The translations under genes were made by a program, and so were the position numbers. A stretch of DNA of 64,000 bases, from positions 240,006 to 304,005 of the forward strand of contig NW_005434672.1 in NCBI RefSeq assembly GCF_000315625.1, read 5' to 3'. The notes under the pieces are model-generated. The model was not told where the DNA came from. It did not search any database and was given only the letters and a program-made list of their open reading frames with translations. Below, in pieces: positions 23,140-35,954 of the stretch (the stretch's first letter is position 1; every line of letters begins with the position of its first letter). Source of the stretch: Guillardia theta CCMP2712. Taxonomy: Eukaryota; Protista; Cryptophyta.

Positions 23140-25083
23140 ATGGCGAGGGAAAGGATCAGATACGAGCTCAAGGTAGATACGACGAAGATCCAAGGGCTGG
23201 AGGAAGCGGGAAGCGAGGCAGAAGAAGAGGAGGATGGGAGGTCGAAGGTAACTTCTTCCAAGGACAAGAGTAAGGAGCAGAAGAATGGAGGGAAGAAGAT
23301 GTTGCTAAGGGTTGAGATGTCCCGAGGAACGAAGGTTGTGAAGAGCGAGGAGTTCACGGTCCCCGACTACAGGTGAGCATGCTGCAAGAGAGATACTGCG
23401 TGATGGGTTCATCATTAGCCATGCCTGACTTGACTCCAGGGCCAGTAGGATCTTGCTGAGGACCAAGCTCGAACGCTCAGCGAATGGGAGAGACTTTGCT
23501 GAGAAGGTATACAAGATCTCCCTGATCAGGGTGAATCACTCCTCTTTCCTTCAAAGAGAAAAGGTACACTTACATCTCTTGCTCCTCGTATTGAAGAGAG
23601 ATGCAGCGGATTGGGTCAGCCATATTGAACCTTGCCGAATACGTGCTGCAAAGCGAGCAGGAGACGAAAGTTTCCATGCAAGTGAAAGGATGTAGCAAAC
23701 CTGTCTGGCTGACTTTGAGGATCTCTTGTCAATCATCGAAGAGAGGACGAGACGACAGTGACACGGTATCTGAAAGGAGCGCATACACGCTATCTGAAAC
23801 AGCGAGCGTAGCTAGTGGAGAAGTTGATGGCAGGGAGGAGGGCGGGGATGGAGAGGAGGAGGAAGGAGGTGATAATCAGGAAATGGGGAGTGATGGCAGA
23901 CAGCAAATTCACCACAGGAAGGGGCATAGTGACGAACTGAGCGAACGTTCTTACGGCATCGGGAACGAGGTGCCGTCAAGCAGCGACCCGACCTACTCGG
24001 CGACTCGGGGAGCGATGATGTCGCAGATCGAGGAGGCGCGAGGCAAGATCAAGGAAGCAGAGGACGCGCTGCAGGTGAAGACAGACGAGATGGACAGGAT
24101 CGACGTGCAGCTCTGCCTGGAAGGAACGCGGAGAAACCTGCTGGAGAGGAGGAAGGTACGTGCCGCAGCGGTCATGTTCTCCCCTGATGACACTCTGCGG
24201 CAGAAGCGTGTTCTGGATTATGTGGACATGCTGCGACTGGATCGAGACAGGTTGACGGAAGGCAGCAGAAGCTTTAAGGAGGCCCCGAAGACAAACGAAG
24301 CTGCTGTCCACCAGATGCTTCAGAGGGAGGCTCGCCGATGGCGCGAGCATCTTGAGAAGCTCAAGACGATGAGGAGTGTGTTGACGCGGCAGCTGGAGGA
24401 AGATGCGGAAGGACACGGCAGGCAGGCAGAAGGAGGGAGCAAAGTCTCCTTGCCGGTCAAGCGGAAGGAAAGCTTGCATGTGAAGCTGCAGAAGGCAATC
24501 GAGGAGGAGAAGGCGAAGTCGAGCAAGTACCAGGGCTGGGCAGAGAAGATCGATGTAGGTAGAGAGTGAGAGGAGATTGGAATCTGATCTGACATGCAGG
24601 AAGCGAAAGCTAAGCTAGAGCAAGAACTCACCATGTTGAGGAGGATGCATGGGCTTGAGCAGAGACAAGCCATCTCCTCCTCCTCCTCCTCCTCCTCTGA
24701 CCTCAAGGCTACGGAGAAAGAGCTTCAGCGTATCACCGCCATGGTCATCAGCACTTCGACATCTCACGCGGAGAAGAGCTTTCAAGTGCTAGAGCTGCAG
24801 AACCAGGTAGTCTCCCCTCCTCCCCGCCTTGATCCCTCCCTCGTTCCGCATCAGTCTTTGTCACTCCTCCCCTCGCACCGGCGGTCCCCACCCGTTGCCC
24901 TGCCACGATTTCCCCCCCTTCTCCCGCCCTTGAAATGCTTTTTTTCTACCTCCTGCTCTCCTGCTCTCCTTACTTCTCTCTCAGAAACGAAGACTTGAAC
25001 GAGCTAACCTCCAGCTCACACATCGACTGAAGGAGGCGGAGAAGAAGCTCGGAGATCTCAGCTCGTTGAGAACAAATCATTGA
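23140..25083 (+). CDS. NT-C2 (EEIG1/EHBP1-type) domain coiled-coil protein
   Basis: EKVYKISLIR…IGSAILNLAEY…VWLTLRIS resembles NT-C2; long charged coiled-coil C-terminus; spliced end …LRTNH*. Confidence 0.6.
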
Positions 25084-25366
25084 AATTTCATGCAAACCAA
25101 ACGTAAAGTATGCGCCTCCTCTGCTGCTTCACCTGTAGCTGTCAAGATTAAGCTCAGTGAGGGCTAGGAAGAAAGTTGGCACGAGATGAACTGCGAGGAG
25201 CGAAACGAAGAGCTTTCGAGGTGATGATACAGAAGAAGCGGAAATCGCTGAAAGAGGGAAGGGAGGGGAGAGGTAGGAAGCGAAGGTCGAGGAGGAGGAG
25301 GAGGAGAGGAGAGGGAGGAGGGTAGTATATAGTACCAGGGCATTCGATGCAAGTCAAAGGTATCAA

Positions 25367-28300
25367 TCACTGCGGAGCTCCGGACGTCGGGTAATCGCTG
25401 CCAGACAGGAGGGAAGAAACGGACGTGTAGGGCGAGCAGTTCCCGTTGATACGACCGTCAGCCCGAGGACCTCTCTCCCCCTCTTCCCTCGTTTCGTCCG
25501 CCTTCCCTTCCTCCACCTCCTTGGCATCATTGTCAGCGTGTCTCGAGATCCTGAGAGTATTGCTGGACCCCTCCAGCACCGTCGACGTTCCCAGCACGAA
25601 GTCATCGTCCCTATGGGTAGGAGGATTCCCCTCCTCAGGCGCCGTGTTAGTCAGGTTGATCCGAAGAAAATTCCTCCCCCCCTCCATGGGATTGACCGCA
25701 GCCATGGCGTCCTCCCGCCTGCTGCTGCCCTTTGCCTCCTCCTCCTGGTGGTACACAGAGCCTGATGCTCTCGATCCCTCCTCACTCTCTTTGCCGTTCG
25801 ACTCGAGCTTCCTCTCCTGTTCCATCTCATCATCGTCCTCGTCCTCTCCTTCGTCGTCGTCGTCGTCCTCCAGGTCAAAGCTGTCGTCGTCGTCCTTGTC
25901 CCAATTCTTAGAAGGAGGACGAGCTCGATGGCTCTTGACGGGGACCCACTCGTTGTCCTCCTCAGTTCCTCCCACGTATCCTATATACATCTCCACATCC
26001 CGAGGGCCCATCCCTGTCCTAGTGTTGAGTACGATGGCCTGCCACCAGTCGCCATCGCAGAGGATCTCCACCTTGTTGCCTGTCTCCCACCAGTTGCCCT
26101 GCCTTCCCTCTGCAATCCTGCCACTGGCTCGCACAGGTTGCGAAGAGTTCCTGTCCTCCTCTCCCGACTCTCCTTTCTGCAAGAGCTCCTTCTGCAGCAG
26201 CCGCCGACGCTTACGCAGCCTAGTTGCATGGTCAACAAGAGGCAGGAAAGACGTTGGAGAAAGTAAAGGCTCTTTTTGTGCTGACAGAAGATAGGAACTG
26301 TACACAACAAGCACAGAGAATGAGAGAGAGGAGGATGAAGATACTTTTGCTGAGAAAAAGGCGGGGCAGGGTAGAGGACAGACAAGCAACAGACGATGAG
26401 CGCTCACCGTCTTTCTCTTTCTGCTTCATTTAGCAGACGAGCACGTTCGTCGTCTCGTATCTTCTGTTCAATCTGTTCCTGCCGTTCCTTCAACCTCATT
26501 TCTCTTTCCCTCTCTTTCTTTTTCTTCTCTTGCTCCAGCCTCATCAGCTCCATCTCCTGCGCCTTGCGCTGTCGCTCCTCTTCCTCCAGCTTCTCTCTCT
26601 CCTCCTTCTCTGCCACTCTCGAGGACCTCTTCCTCGGCATCATCTCCAGCAGCGCTTGCTTCGACTTCGCACGTTCTCGCGCTAGTGCCTTGGAAGCAAG
26701 CTTTGGGCCTTCTTCCTCCACCAGCCACTTAGCAAAGTGCTGGAGCCCGTGCTTCTTCTTCTTCTTCCCCTCCGCCAGCATCTCCTTCCCGACATCCATC
26801 AGCTCGTTGTGGTTGAGAGAGACAGACTGGAACGATGGAGCTCGAGCCTTGTGGCCGGCATGAGGAGGAGACTCCCGGTACAGGATCCCATCGCTTCCCT
26901 CCAGGTACCAGTAGGCGTTTCCATGGCTGTCATGACAGGAGGGGAACAACCTCAGAGCATCTGATGCGCAAGTCAGCCGGATATCATAATCTCCTGATAC
27001 CAACGACTCATCGATTCCATCCTTTTATCCCTTTGATCGCTTTCACACACAACCCATTGTTTCAATGAGGATCAGCACTATAATCAACTTCTCGTCCCCC
27101 TCATTCCCTGCCCTTCTCTTCTCTTCCTCTCCCATCCCTTGCTTGCTTCTCTAGTGTCAACCTTCATAATGTTGCTCTCCTTACCGGCATCGTCCCACTC
27201 AACGTTGGGAAAGTTTGCTGCTCGATGTTCCTCGTTCCCATCTAGCAGGCATTCGCACAGGTGCCACAGGATGAGCGCTCTGATCCTAAGAGGAAGCTGG
27301 TAATATTGCTCGATCCCTTCCGGCATCGGATCCTCTTCGAGGAAGCTGCTCCACTCCGGCTGCACCAAGAGCAGGTCATCCTCCTCCTTCACCTCCTCTT
27401 CCTCCTCCTCCTCATGATCATCATCGTTGACATCATCATTGACATCATCGTTGACATCATCGTTGACATCATCGTTGACATCATCATCGTCGTCGCCATC
27501 GTCGTCGTCGTCGTCATCATCATCATCATCATCAACAACAACAACATCATGATCATCGTTGCTGCAATGCTTAGTATCATCGTCTGAATCATAATCTCAT
27601 CGTTTCCATGATAGATGCAGACTGAAACATGTGGCAACCTCTGTCTTCTCCCATCTTCCCATGTCCTCATCCCAGTAATCCTCCTGCGATTGCAGCCGAG
27701 ATCTCAGCATGTACAGCCTGCTCAGCAAAGTCAACGGGGAGTCGAGACAAGATCGGAGAAAGGACTGATCAAACAAGAAGAAGGGAGAGAGATTATAGTG
27801 TGAAGAACATCGCAGAACTCGAAGAGCAGTCAGGCGGGAGGGAGACCAGCTCTCGTTGTCTGCCATCTCGGGAGCTTTCTTCCGATCCGCCGCCTTCAGC
27901 ATCAGGCGCAAGTGGATCACTTTCATAACAGAGGAGCATTCGAGGAAAGCAGTGTGAAAGTCTTCTGTGGTGAGGTTCGAGACGATCCCAAGGGAAGTCC
28001 TGAAGGCAGCATGAGTTGCAGTTGCAAATGTCGTCAAGACTTGATGATTGGTATCATATTCAGCACATCCTCATCGAATCTGCGATCTGCAATGCTACCG
28101 CAGCCTTCATCGTATCCATCCCTCTCCCCTGCAGCCACCAGCAAGCGTCCCCTATCTCCCCCCCCACTCTTCCTCCATTTGCTCCTCCCTGACTCGTCGA
28201 CATACCGGAAACATCTCAGGAAGTGTTGAACCGCTGCAAGTTCCCAGATCCTGCATGGCAAGTCACCAGAGTCCCTCCGGAACCAAATTCTCCTCACTCA

Positions 28301-29639
28301 TGCAGCATCTTCCTCTGCGACTGCTCGTCCATAGAGCTGAGAGAGACCTGGGGAGAGAAGTCAGACAACAACAGCTGGCAAGCCAATCATCTTCTCACCA
28401 TCCCGTGATGGCTTGCAGGTATTACTTCAATGTCTTCCTCCATGCACCGGAACTCTCCCATCCTCAGCATCTCCATGGGAGGAGGCTGAACGTATCCTTC
28501 ATTCTTCTTGCCACGTTTTTGCGCTCCCTTCTTCTTCTTGTCCTTGCTTGATACCTCTGGCTTCTCCTCTACTTCCCTCCTCTTCTCCTTCTCCTTCTCC
28601 TTCTCCTTGGTCGGTTTGTTCGTCCCACCCTGCCGAAGTTTCATGAACGCCTCTGCTCCCGGTAGTTCCGCAATCGCCTTCTTGATCTTTTCTGTGCTGA
28701 AGCCAAACTGCTCAATCCCTCGGTCGCTCTGAAACATGTTTGCGCTGGAAGCCCGTGAGCTCCTCCTCGTCATGGAGGCGATGTGGTCGAAGACGAGGCC
28801 CCACGCTCCCTGCGACTCACATGTGAACATCTCAACATCCAGGGCACGAAGGGCAAAGGAGCTTGTCTCACATTTGCGGTCGAATCTTCAAACACTTGCG
28901 TCCGATCGTCCTCGCAAACCACACGGAACCGCACTCTGCCATCCTCCCCTTTGATCACCTCGGATGTGTAGACGCCCTTCTTGGATGGGTCCATGATGGA
29001 AGCATGCTTGCGCGAAGATCGAAATCCAACAGGAAAGATGTAATCCTTATCATGAGAACCTTTTAGATCTGCCTGGATCTAGAAAAGCGACATCAGTGTC
29101 GGCCAGAGCTTGCGGAGTGGGCAAGAGCTGGCTTCTCACAGGAAACAACAGCATGGGCGGACCACCGGCACTTATTTCTGAGTTGCAGCAGTCGCACATC
29201 ATATCATACAGTATACATGACTCAAGAACATGCAAGGCAACTGCACACGTGGGACAGAGACTCGATTTCGAGGAGAAATGGAACCAACTTGAAGATGCGG
29301 CAAGCAAGCAAGCCAACCAAAGGTTGCACAGCATATGCCACGGCATTCAAGACTTGTTTGCATGCAGGATACGATCAGACATTCGATCATCGTCATTTTG
29401 AGACCCTTCAGGTACACCATGCCTCGCTCTTCACTGTTCCGGGCGCTGCCCCAACGACCCGCCACTCCCTCCCGACCAGCATCGGCCAGCAAGCCATGAA
29501 AGACGTGAAGACGGAGGAGGTCGGAGGGGAGGACGGGGTTCTTTCTCATCTTACAGTACGGCAGGAACAAGTGTCTCACCTCTCCCAGCGCCTCCAATGT
29601 CACGGCGCCGATCGTGCGCGGAAGCTCTTCTTGCAGCAT
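25367..29639 (-). CDS. Chromatin protein: FYRN/FYRC, DDT, WHIM1, WSD/WHIM-like, coiled coil and Tudor/Agenet-like domains
   Basis: YTSEVIKGEDGRVRFRV, GIEQFGFSTEKIKKAIAELPGA (FYR); IWELAAVQHFL, IHLRLML (DDT); YYQLPLRIRALILWHLCE (WHIM1); DSHGNAYWY (WSD); GNKVEILCDGDWWQAIV…YVGGTEEDNEWV (Tudor/Agenet). Confidence 0.75.
27412..27560. repeat. Intronic (ATC/GTC/AAC)n microsatellite with a 12-bp CATCGTTGACAT sub-repeat
   Basis: Directly visible. Confidence 0.85.
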
Positions 29640-29689
29640 GCGGCGGCGAGCCCCTCCAGGAAGTGAGGCGGGCTCGATCGAAAAACACA

Positions 29690-30190
29690 GGTGAGGCGCG
29701 CCCAGGCTCCGAGGCTCCCGGACCGTCCGATCACGGTCGGTCACTGTACGGTCCGAGTCCGACGGGAGTCACAGGCTCCGGGAGTCACTGCCTGATCCGA
29801 TGATCCCGACGCCGCCGTCCGGGGCCGGCGCCGGATCATCGGCAGCGGTGACGGTGCCGTTCAGACGACCGTGCCAGCCTGGCTCCGCGGCCCGGGCCGC
29901 GGCGTCAGCCGGCCCGGCCTGGTCACCGTGTCACGAGAGTGCAAGTGATTGGGCCGTCCAGGAGCCTCAGGCTGCGCGGGCGGCCGAGACGGCGGCCCGA
30001 GGTAACGGTGAAGCCTTCGGCCGCCCGGCACTTGCTCGGCCGGCCCCGGTAGTAACTTAAGCGGCCTCCAGCGACCGGCCGGTCGTCACGCGGCGCCCGC
30101 CGGCTCACACGGTGCGGCCCGGCGCCCGGCCAGACTCCGAGGCTGCCAGCGGCAGCAGTCCGTGTAGCGCCGCGTGACATCTTCGTCACA
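29690..30190. promoter_or_regulatory. GC-rich island upstream of the FYR/DDT gene
   Basis: Composition; begins ~50 bp upstream of ATG 29639. Confidence 0.5.
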
Positions 30191-30343
30191 GTGACATCTT
30201 GTTTCGGCATCGCCTCATTTACTTGACGGACACGCCCCGTCCGACAGGCATGATACTATACGTTCTACTAGCCATGCATATGCCGCACAAAACAGTGCGG
30301 CTGTCGGCCATGCAGGACGCGAACTGCAACAAGCGTGGGCAGC

Positions 30344-31441
30344 CTATCCCTCACTCTCCTCAATCTTCGTTGATAGTCGAATCTGCTTGCATTCCTTACA
30401 GTTGAATCTGACTCGATCGTGTTCACAGATCCCAGGCCCTTTGCACTCTCTGCATATCGACCTTAGCCTGTCATGTTCACATATACCAGATCCTTTGCAC
30501 TCTCGACAGACAATCCTCCGACGGTTGTGGATGCAGATACCTGCACCTTTGCAATCCTTGCAGACAGAGCGCACTCTGTTGTGCTCACATATGCCTGACC
30601 CCTTGCAATCTTTGCACATGGCCCGCTGTTTCCCGTGCTGACAGATTCCGCTTCCATGGCATTCTCTGCATACATCCTTCCTGCGAAGATGCTGGCATAA
30701 ACTGGAGCCTCCGCATTCTCTACAGACTGAGCGCACACAATTATGTTCACATACTCCAGATCCCCTGCATAGCTTGCATGCAAACCTCACTCGGTTGTGG
30801 ATGCAGATGCCAGATCCTTTACAGTCCTTGCAAAATATCCTCTGCTTCATGTGCATACAGATTTCGGAGCCACCACAAGCTTTGCACCGCGTTCTCCTCT
30901 GCCCGTGTTTGCAGATCTCCGATCCTCCACACTCCACACATCTCGCGCGTTTTTGAAGATGCTCGCATATTCCTGAGCCTCGACAGTCTTTACAAAACGA
31001 CCTCTTGCGGTTATGCTCGCAAATCGCTGATCCACCGCATTCTCTGCAGTCATATTTCGTTTTTCCGTGCATGCATTTTGCTTTGTACTGCTTCTTCCTT
31101 TTCCGTTTGCCCCCTCCTACAGTATCAGTGGCCTGCTGCTCCTCATTTCCTTGCTGCTCATCATTTCCTTGCTGCTCATCATTTCCTTGCTGCTCATCAT
31201 TTCCTTGCTGCTTCTCAACGGTTGCAGGTTTGTCCTGAGCATTACCCTCCCCTTTCATTCTCTCCATTGGCTCCTCTTTCATTGTGTCGATTATAACTTC
31301 TTTCATTGTCTCACTTGAGTGTTCTTTCACAGTCTCAATGGTAACTTCTTTCATAATCTCACCTGATTGTTCTCTCATGCTCTTACTTGAGTTTTCCTTC
31401 ATCACTTCTGTGGACGCCTCGCAATTGCTCCTCTCATGCAT
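30344..31441 (-). CDS. Intronless Cys/His repeat protein (13 x 18-aa C-x-H-x6-C-x2-C-x-G units), basic NLS, putative zinc-binding
   Basis: 365-aa uninterrupted ORF; repeats such as ICEHNRVRSVCKDCKGAG; KRKRKKQ; QQGN(D/E)E x4. Confidence 0.85.
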   Translation of the reverse strand: MHERSNCEASTEVMKENSSKSMREQSGEIMKEVTIETVKEHSSETMKEVIIDTMKEEPMERMKGEGNAQDKPATVEKQQGNDEQQGNDEQQGNDEQQGNEEQQATDTVGGGKRKRKKQYKAKCMHGKTKYDCRECGGSAICEHNRKRSFCKDCRGSGICEHLQKRARCVECGGSEICKHGQRRTRCKACGGSEICMHMKQRIFCKDCKGSGICIHNRVRFACKLCRGSGVCEHNCVRSVCRECGGSSLCQHLRRKDVCRECHGSGICQHGKQRAMCKDCKGSGICEHNRVRSVCKDCKGAGICIHNRRRIVCRECKGSGICEHDRLRSICRECKGPGICEHDRVRFNCKECKQIRLSTKIEESEG

Positions 31442-31469
31442 TCCTTGCTGCGCATTCAGTCTCCGGGCC

Positions 31470-31870
31470 AGTTGACCCGGGACTCGGGAAATCGGCGTGA
31501 CTGTGGCACGGTCTGACCCGCCGCCGGGCAGGCCGGGCCCGGCCCGCTGCCGCCCCGGCGCCGCGATCGGACCGACGCCGGGTCCTACTAAGGTAGGCCG
31601 GGTGATTCAATGTCCGGCAGTGAGGGCCTCGCAGTTCACGCGGCGGCCCGTTCTGATTTTTAACTTAACGGAAGTTTGAGTAAACAAGCGGCCCGCGCCC
31701 GGGCACCGTACTGTGACCGTCGCCGGGCCGATCGGACGGTGCGCCGAGCCTGAGCCCGCCCGGCGGCCGGGCCGAGACTGACCGGCCGCCGGTCAGGCTG
31801 ACCGTACCGGCCGCCGGCCGGCCCGGCTGACCGTGGCGTGCCATGGCCCACTGGCAGGCTCGGACTATGC
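31470..31870. promoter_or_regulatory. GC-rich island between divergent genes, containing a variant of the TTAACTTAAC…TTTGAGTAAA motif (31653-31684)
   Basis: Composition, position and motif match. Confidence 0.55.
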
Positions 31871-32103
31871 GAGCTTTGCTACCGTACCGTTACACAATTC
31901 GTTTCAAAGTGATGAAGGGGCATTGACACCCCACCCTTCTTTTCATATGGCTTCAGACTGGAAACAAAGGGGTATACAAGAGCTGCAGGTGGTTCTCTTC
32001 TTCGGGGGTGGGGTGGATAATGAAACCTGGACATTGTAGGGGGTACTGGTGATGACATCAGACCTTCGAAAAGCCACTCTGACTCCTCGCACCGTCAGGA
32101 ACC

Positions 32104-32914
32104 ATGCGCACCATCCTCTACGGAGTACGTCGCCCCTCCTCCTCTCCTTACTTGCCCTCCTCCTCGTGCTTGCAGCTGCTGTTGATTTCTCAGTCTGATA
32201 TCCATCGATCGTTTTTCACCTGTTTTTGTTTTGTTGGTATCAAGAAACTAGTCGATCATGAGATGAGGTGTGGTGATTTTTGTCGCTAGTGTACGCCTGT
32301 TTCGAGAGCTCGTTTCATTCCATTTGGACTTGATGTTTGATTTGAAGAATCCTGCGAAATATTTCTATTCTATACGGGGAGCCAGTTATCCCCTCATACC
32401 CTTGCTTATCTGCTTCGTGTGGTATCTAACCGAATTGGATGGGCTGGGGCTTGTTTTCCTCCATCCAATTTTCTTGGGGGTTCAATCACATCAGCTGACT
32501 TGAAAATGAAGTACATTCAAAGAAGGATGTTGAGTAGATTATTCTGCTATGTTTCATCTTCTGATGCTCTGTTTCATCACATGTAGTGCACTGTTACAGT
32601 TGTTGATGACGTATTGCAATGCTTTGACTGATGGTTGCAATTTGTTGATACTCTTCCAGCCTGCCTTGTGATTTTCTTATCTTCACATTGATCTCCTCAC
32701 CTTCATTTGATTTTGTTATGTTCGTTACTCTTACATCAATTCACAGAAAAAGGCAGCTGCTCTCTACACCCAGGCTGGTGACTACCAGAAGACTGCCCGC
32801 TTCTACTACAAGAAGGCAGAGGATACCTACTACCAGGCCAACAACTGGGCTTCCTACGATGACTGGCGCCGTGCTCGCGACCAGTGGGACTACTTCTACT
32901 CCCGCAATCGGTAA
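32104..32914 (+). CDS. Small (62 aa) Tyr/Trp-rich hypothetical protein (exons 32104-32124, 32747-32914)
   Basis: ACCATG context, GTACGT donor, TCACAG acceptor; in-frame MRTILYG-KKAAALYTQAGDYQKTARFYYKKAEDTYYQANNWASYDDWRRARDQWDYFYSRNR*; strong TAC/TTC/AAG/CGC codon bias. Confidence 0.65.
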
Positions 32915-32999
32915 GCGACAACGTTTATCGGGGACAAGGGGGGCTGCATGGTTCGGTATCAGTATTGAGAGTCTCGAGAGTTGAGAGACTGGGGGATTG

Positions 33000-35002
33000 T
33001 TTCAAGTCAAAATTAGTCTGTGCACTTGTGCAACACTGGAGCCATCTTTCAAAGCTTTTGTTTGATTACATCAGGATGTTAACATTAAAGATGATCTCCG
33101 ATTTTATCTGTACTGTTATGTTTACATGGGCCCCGTATGCGTCATCAATGCTTGATATTCACAAGACACGTTCTTTCGCTCGAAGTCCCAACTGCGCGTC
33201 AGGTGTTAACATCCTGGGAATAATTTCAACCTGCACGTACATGAAAATCCATCCACCTATGTCACCCGATACAACCCGCCCTGCCCCGTACACAAGTCAA
33301 GGCACTAGCTCAACGGAAGGAATTGCGTACGTGCGTCTGCAGCGACAGAACATACTGATTGCATATGACATGTCATCTCCGCAATACACGTGTCACTAAA
33401 ACAATCCCAAACCTGCCTTTATGTTCACACAGGAAACAAGTGAAACAACGCTTTTCACCCTCACTCCGCAGTCCACAGATCCGGACACAAGTCGTCTGGA
33501 AAGACTGTTGTACTGTTTGAAATGATAAGTTTGTTTGAACAGCGTCAAAGCAACTCACGCAAATCGACCAGATGCTGTCATCATGCCCAATAAGCGTCGC
33601 GAGGCACTCGCCAGTTCGGATATCAAACTTCTTGACACATTTATCACCACTCCCAACAATGATAAGATTCTTCAGAAGATTCTGTCAAATGGTGTTGGAA
33701 GAAAGGCTCGACAAACCTGTTCCTGAATCAAGTCTGCACTAAAAACAGGATTCTCTTCTGTTCCATCAGTGAAGGATAGTCCTTAAATACAAATGAGAAT
33801 CTCACTTTTTAAAGTCCGATTACACAAAACCTGTCTTCTCTGTCCTTAGATCCCAGAGGAGTATTTTTCCATCACTTGAGACTGATAACAGAGACTTTGC
33901 GAAAAGAGCGAATATCAGTCAATCGTGGTAATTCATTACAGGCAGAGGAACAAGGGGCACCTTATGGGGAGAATATGAACTCTCGCCGTTATCCTTCGAT
34001 GCCCGCACGACAAAAACACTGTAAAATCAATGAGCTGCCAATCCTCGGAGCGCTTTAGTTCGCCTGGAATTGTGAGCCTTAAGGGTCTGATAGTTGCTTC
34101 CCGTTTCAAAGTCCCAAACCTGCCATTTTGGTCATGTTGGAGCGATGGGCGCGTAGCTTCTTCAGTTTACCTTGACGGTTGTGTCAGCACTCCCCGAATA
34201 TATGTTTCCTCCATCCATATCACAGCACCAAACATAGCCAGGCCGATGGCCTTTGAGGATTCGTAGGCAACTGCCCTCAGGACTCAGTCTCGCTGACATG
34301 CCGAAAGAGCAATAAGCATTCTTACCTCATAGGACTGGAACTTCCTGAGATCTGATCCACCCCACACTGCCACAACTTCAATGTACTATCGGCTGAGCTG
34401 GTGACCACGTAATCGTCAAATGTCGCAAGATCCCATACCGAGCCGCTATGACTGTTCTGCTCCACCCACGTGCACGTCAAACTTTCGAGATCCCACCAAC
34501 CGATTGTCCGATCTTCACCAACTGTCAAGAGAGTCTCGCCCAGCAACTTGCAAGAATTCACGCTCCCTCTATGCCCTTCCAATGAATGTACGCTGAACAG
34601 GCCGCGTTGCCAGTTGTTGTCAACGACGTGCCAGTATTGATATAGCTTGTCGTAATCACCTTCCTCGATCTCATTCCAACCATTAGATAACGGATGTTCG
34701 TGTGGTCTGCATTCCTCCTTGCCTCCCCATCTATCCACAAACAACGCCTTCCATAGCTGTCTGGAAGATCGACAAATCTCAGAGTACCTCTTGCAAGCGC
34801 ATGACAGCATGCAGATATAGAAGACAGGCAGCTTCATCAAGATTTTGATAACGACTTCCTCTGGCATGAAGTGCAACTCAAGGTTTTTTATCATACACGT
34901 TTCAGCGGCAGGTTGTGACGTAACGTTGGAGCGCTTTGAGTCAAATAATCGCTCGAGTTCGTCGTCAAGATCATCACTTGAGTCTGATCCCCTTGACTCC
35001 AT
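33000..35002 (-). CDS. F-box/WD40-repeat protein (3' end approximate)
   Basis: F-box FMPEEVVIKILMKLP…LSCACKRYSEI; WD repeats LEGHRGSV…IGWWD, HSGSVW…SSADSTLKLW, LKGH…SGSADTTVKVWD, LIGHDDSIW, VSGSVDCGVRVWD. Confidence 0.85.
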
Positions 35003-35954
35003 GTCTCCTGATTGAACTCTACAGACCACTTGGTCAAATTTGATAGGAGATAAATATCATGCAAGTAAGACTTCAAGTCATCGACAGGAAATCCTTTTTT
35101 CGATTTATCAGACTCCTCCACGTTGGAAGGGATACGATTGCTCTGTTGTAATCAAAGCTCGCTCCGTACTGTCTCATGCATTCTCCTGTAGCATTCACAC
35201 TGTCTCTGTTCTCCTATCCCGTCAGTGATCATCCTTTCCGCTCGATGTTCCCTGCCCATATCCTTCCTCCAACACCGCATTCCGCATCTTTGTACTCTCT
35301 GGAAACCCTCATCCCCGCTTGAACCCTCATTTTATTTCCACCTCCCCACGCAGTACCACTGCTATTTTACCTGTAATCCCACCCGTACATTCCTCTTACA
35401 AGAAGGTGGTAGGGGTTATTTCCCCAGACCTCCATATTTGGAGTCCAGCTTTCGGCAACCCCCACCCCACCCATTACAACTCATCGACATGTGACCCCTT
35501 CTCAATAGCAGATTTTACTGGGTACTGATGGTAGATTCTCAAATCCCAGCAAACCGCCACCCCACCCAATCACCAAGTACCCCAGGACAGAATACGATGA
35601 CCTAAGAAATTGGTATGAGGATGGTGATGAACGAGGGGGTACTCGAATTGAAGGTGGGTGCCCCCGGTTTGATCGACAGCTCCAGTGGGGGGTGCTTGGG
35701 GTATGGAGGTGGAGGTGGGGATAGTTGAGTGCGAGGGGTAGGGGGTAGTAGACGGTGGGAAATGGCAGAGACAAAGTCGAGCGCTGGCATGGAGAGGAGG
35801 AGAGGAGGAGAAGGAGGAGAAGGACATGAGGAGACGAGGAGATGAGGACATGAGGAGCGGAGGAAAGGGCTCTGAGGAAGGAGAGAAGCATAGAGGAGGT
35901 ATGAGTGGAACATCATGGGGGTTGGGTCTACGGGTTGTGAACGACTCCCAACTC

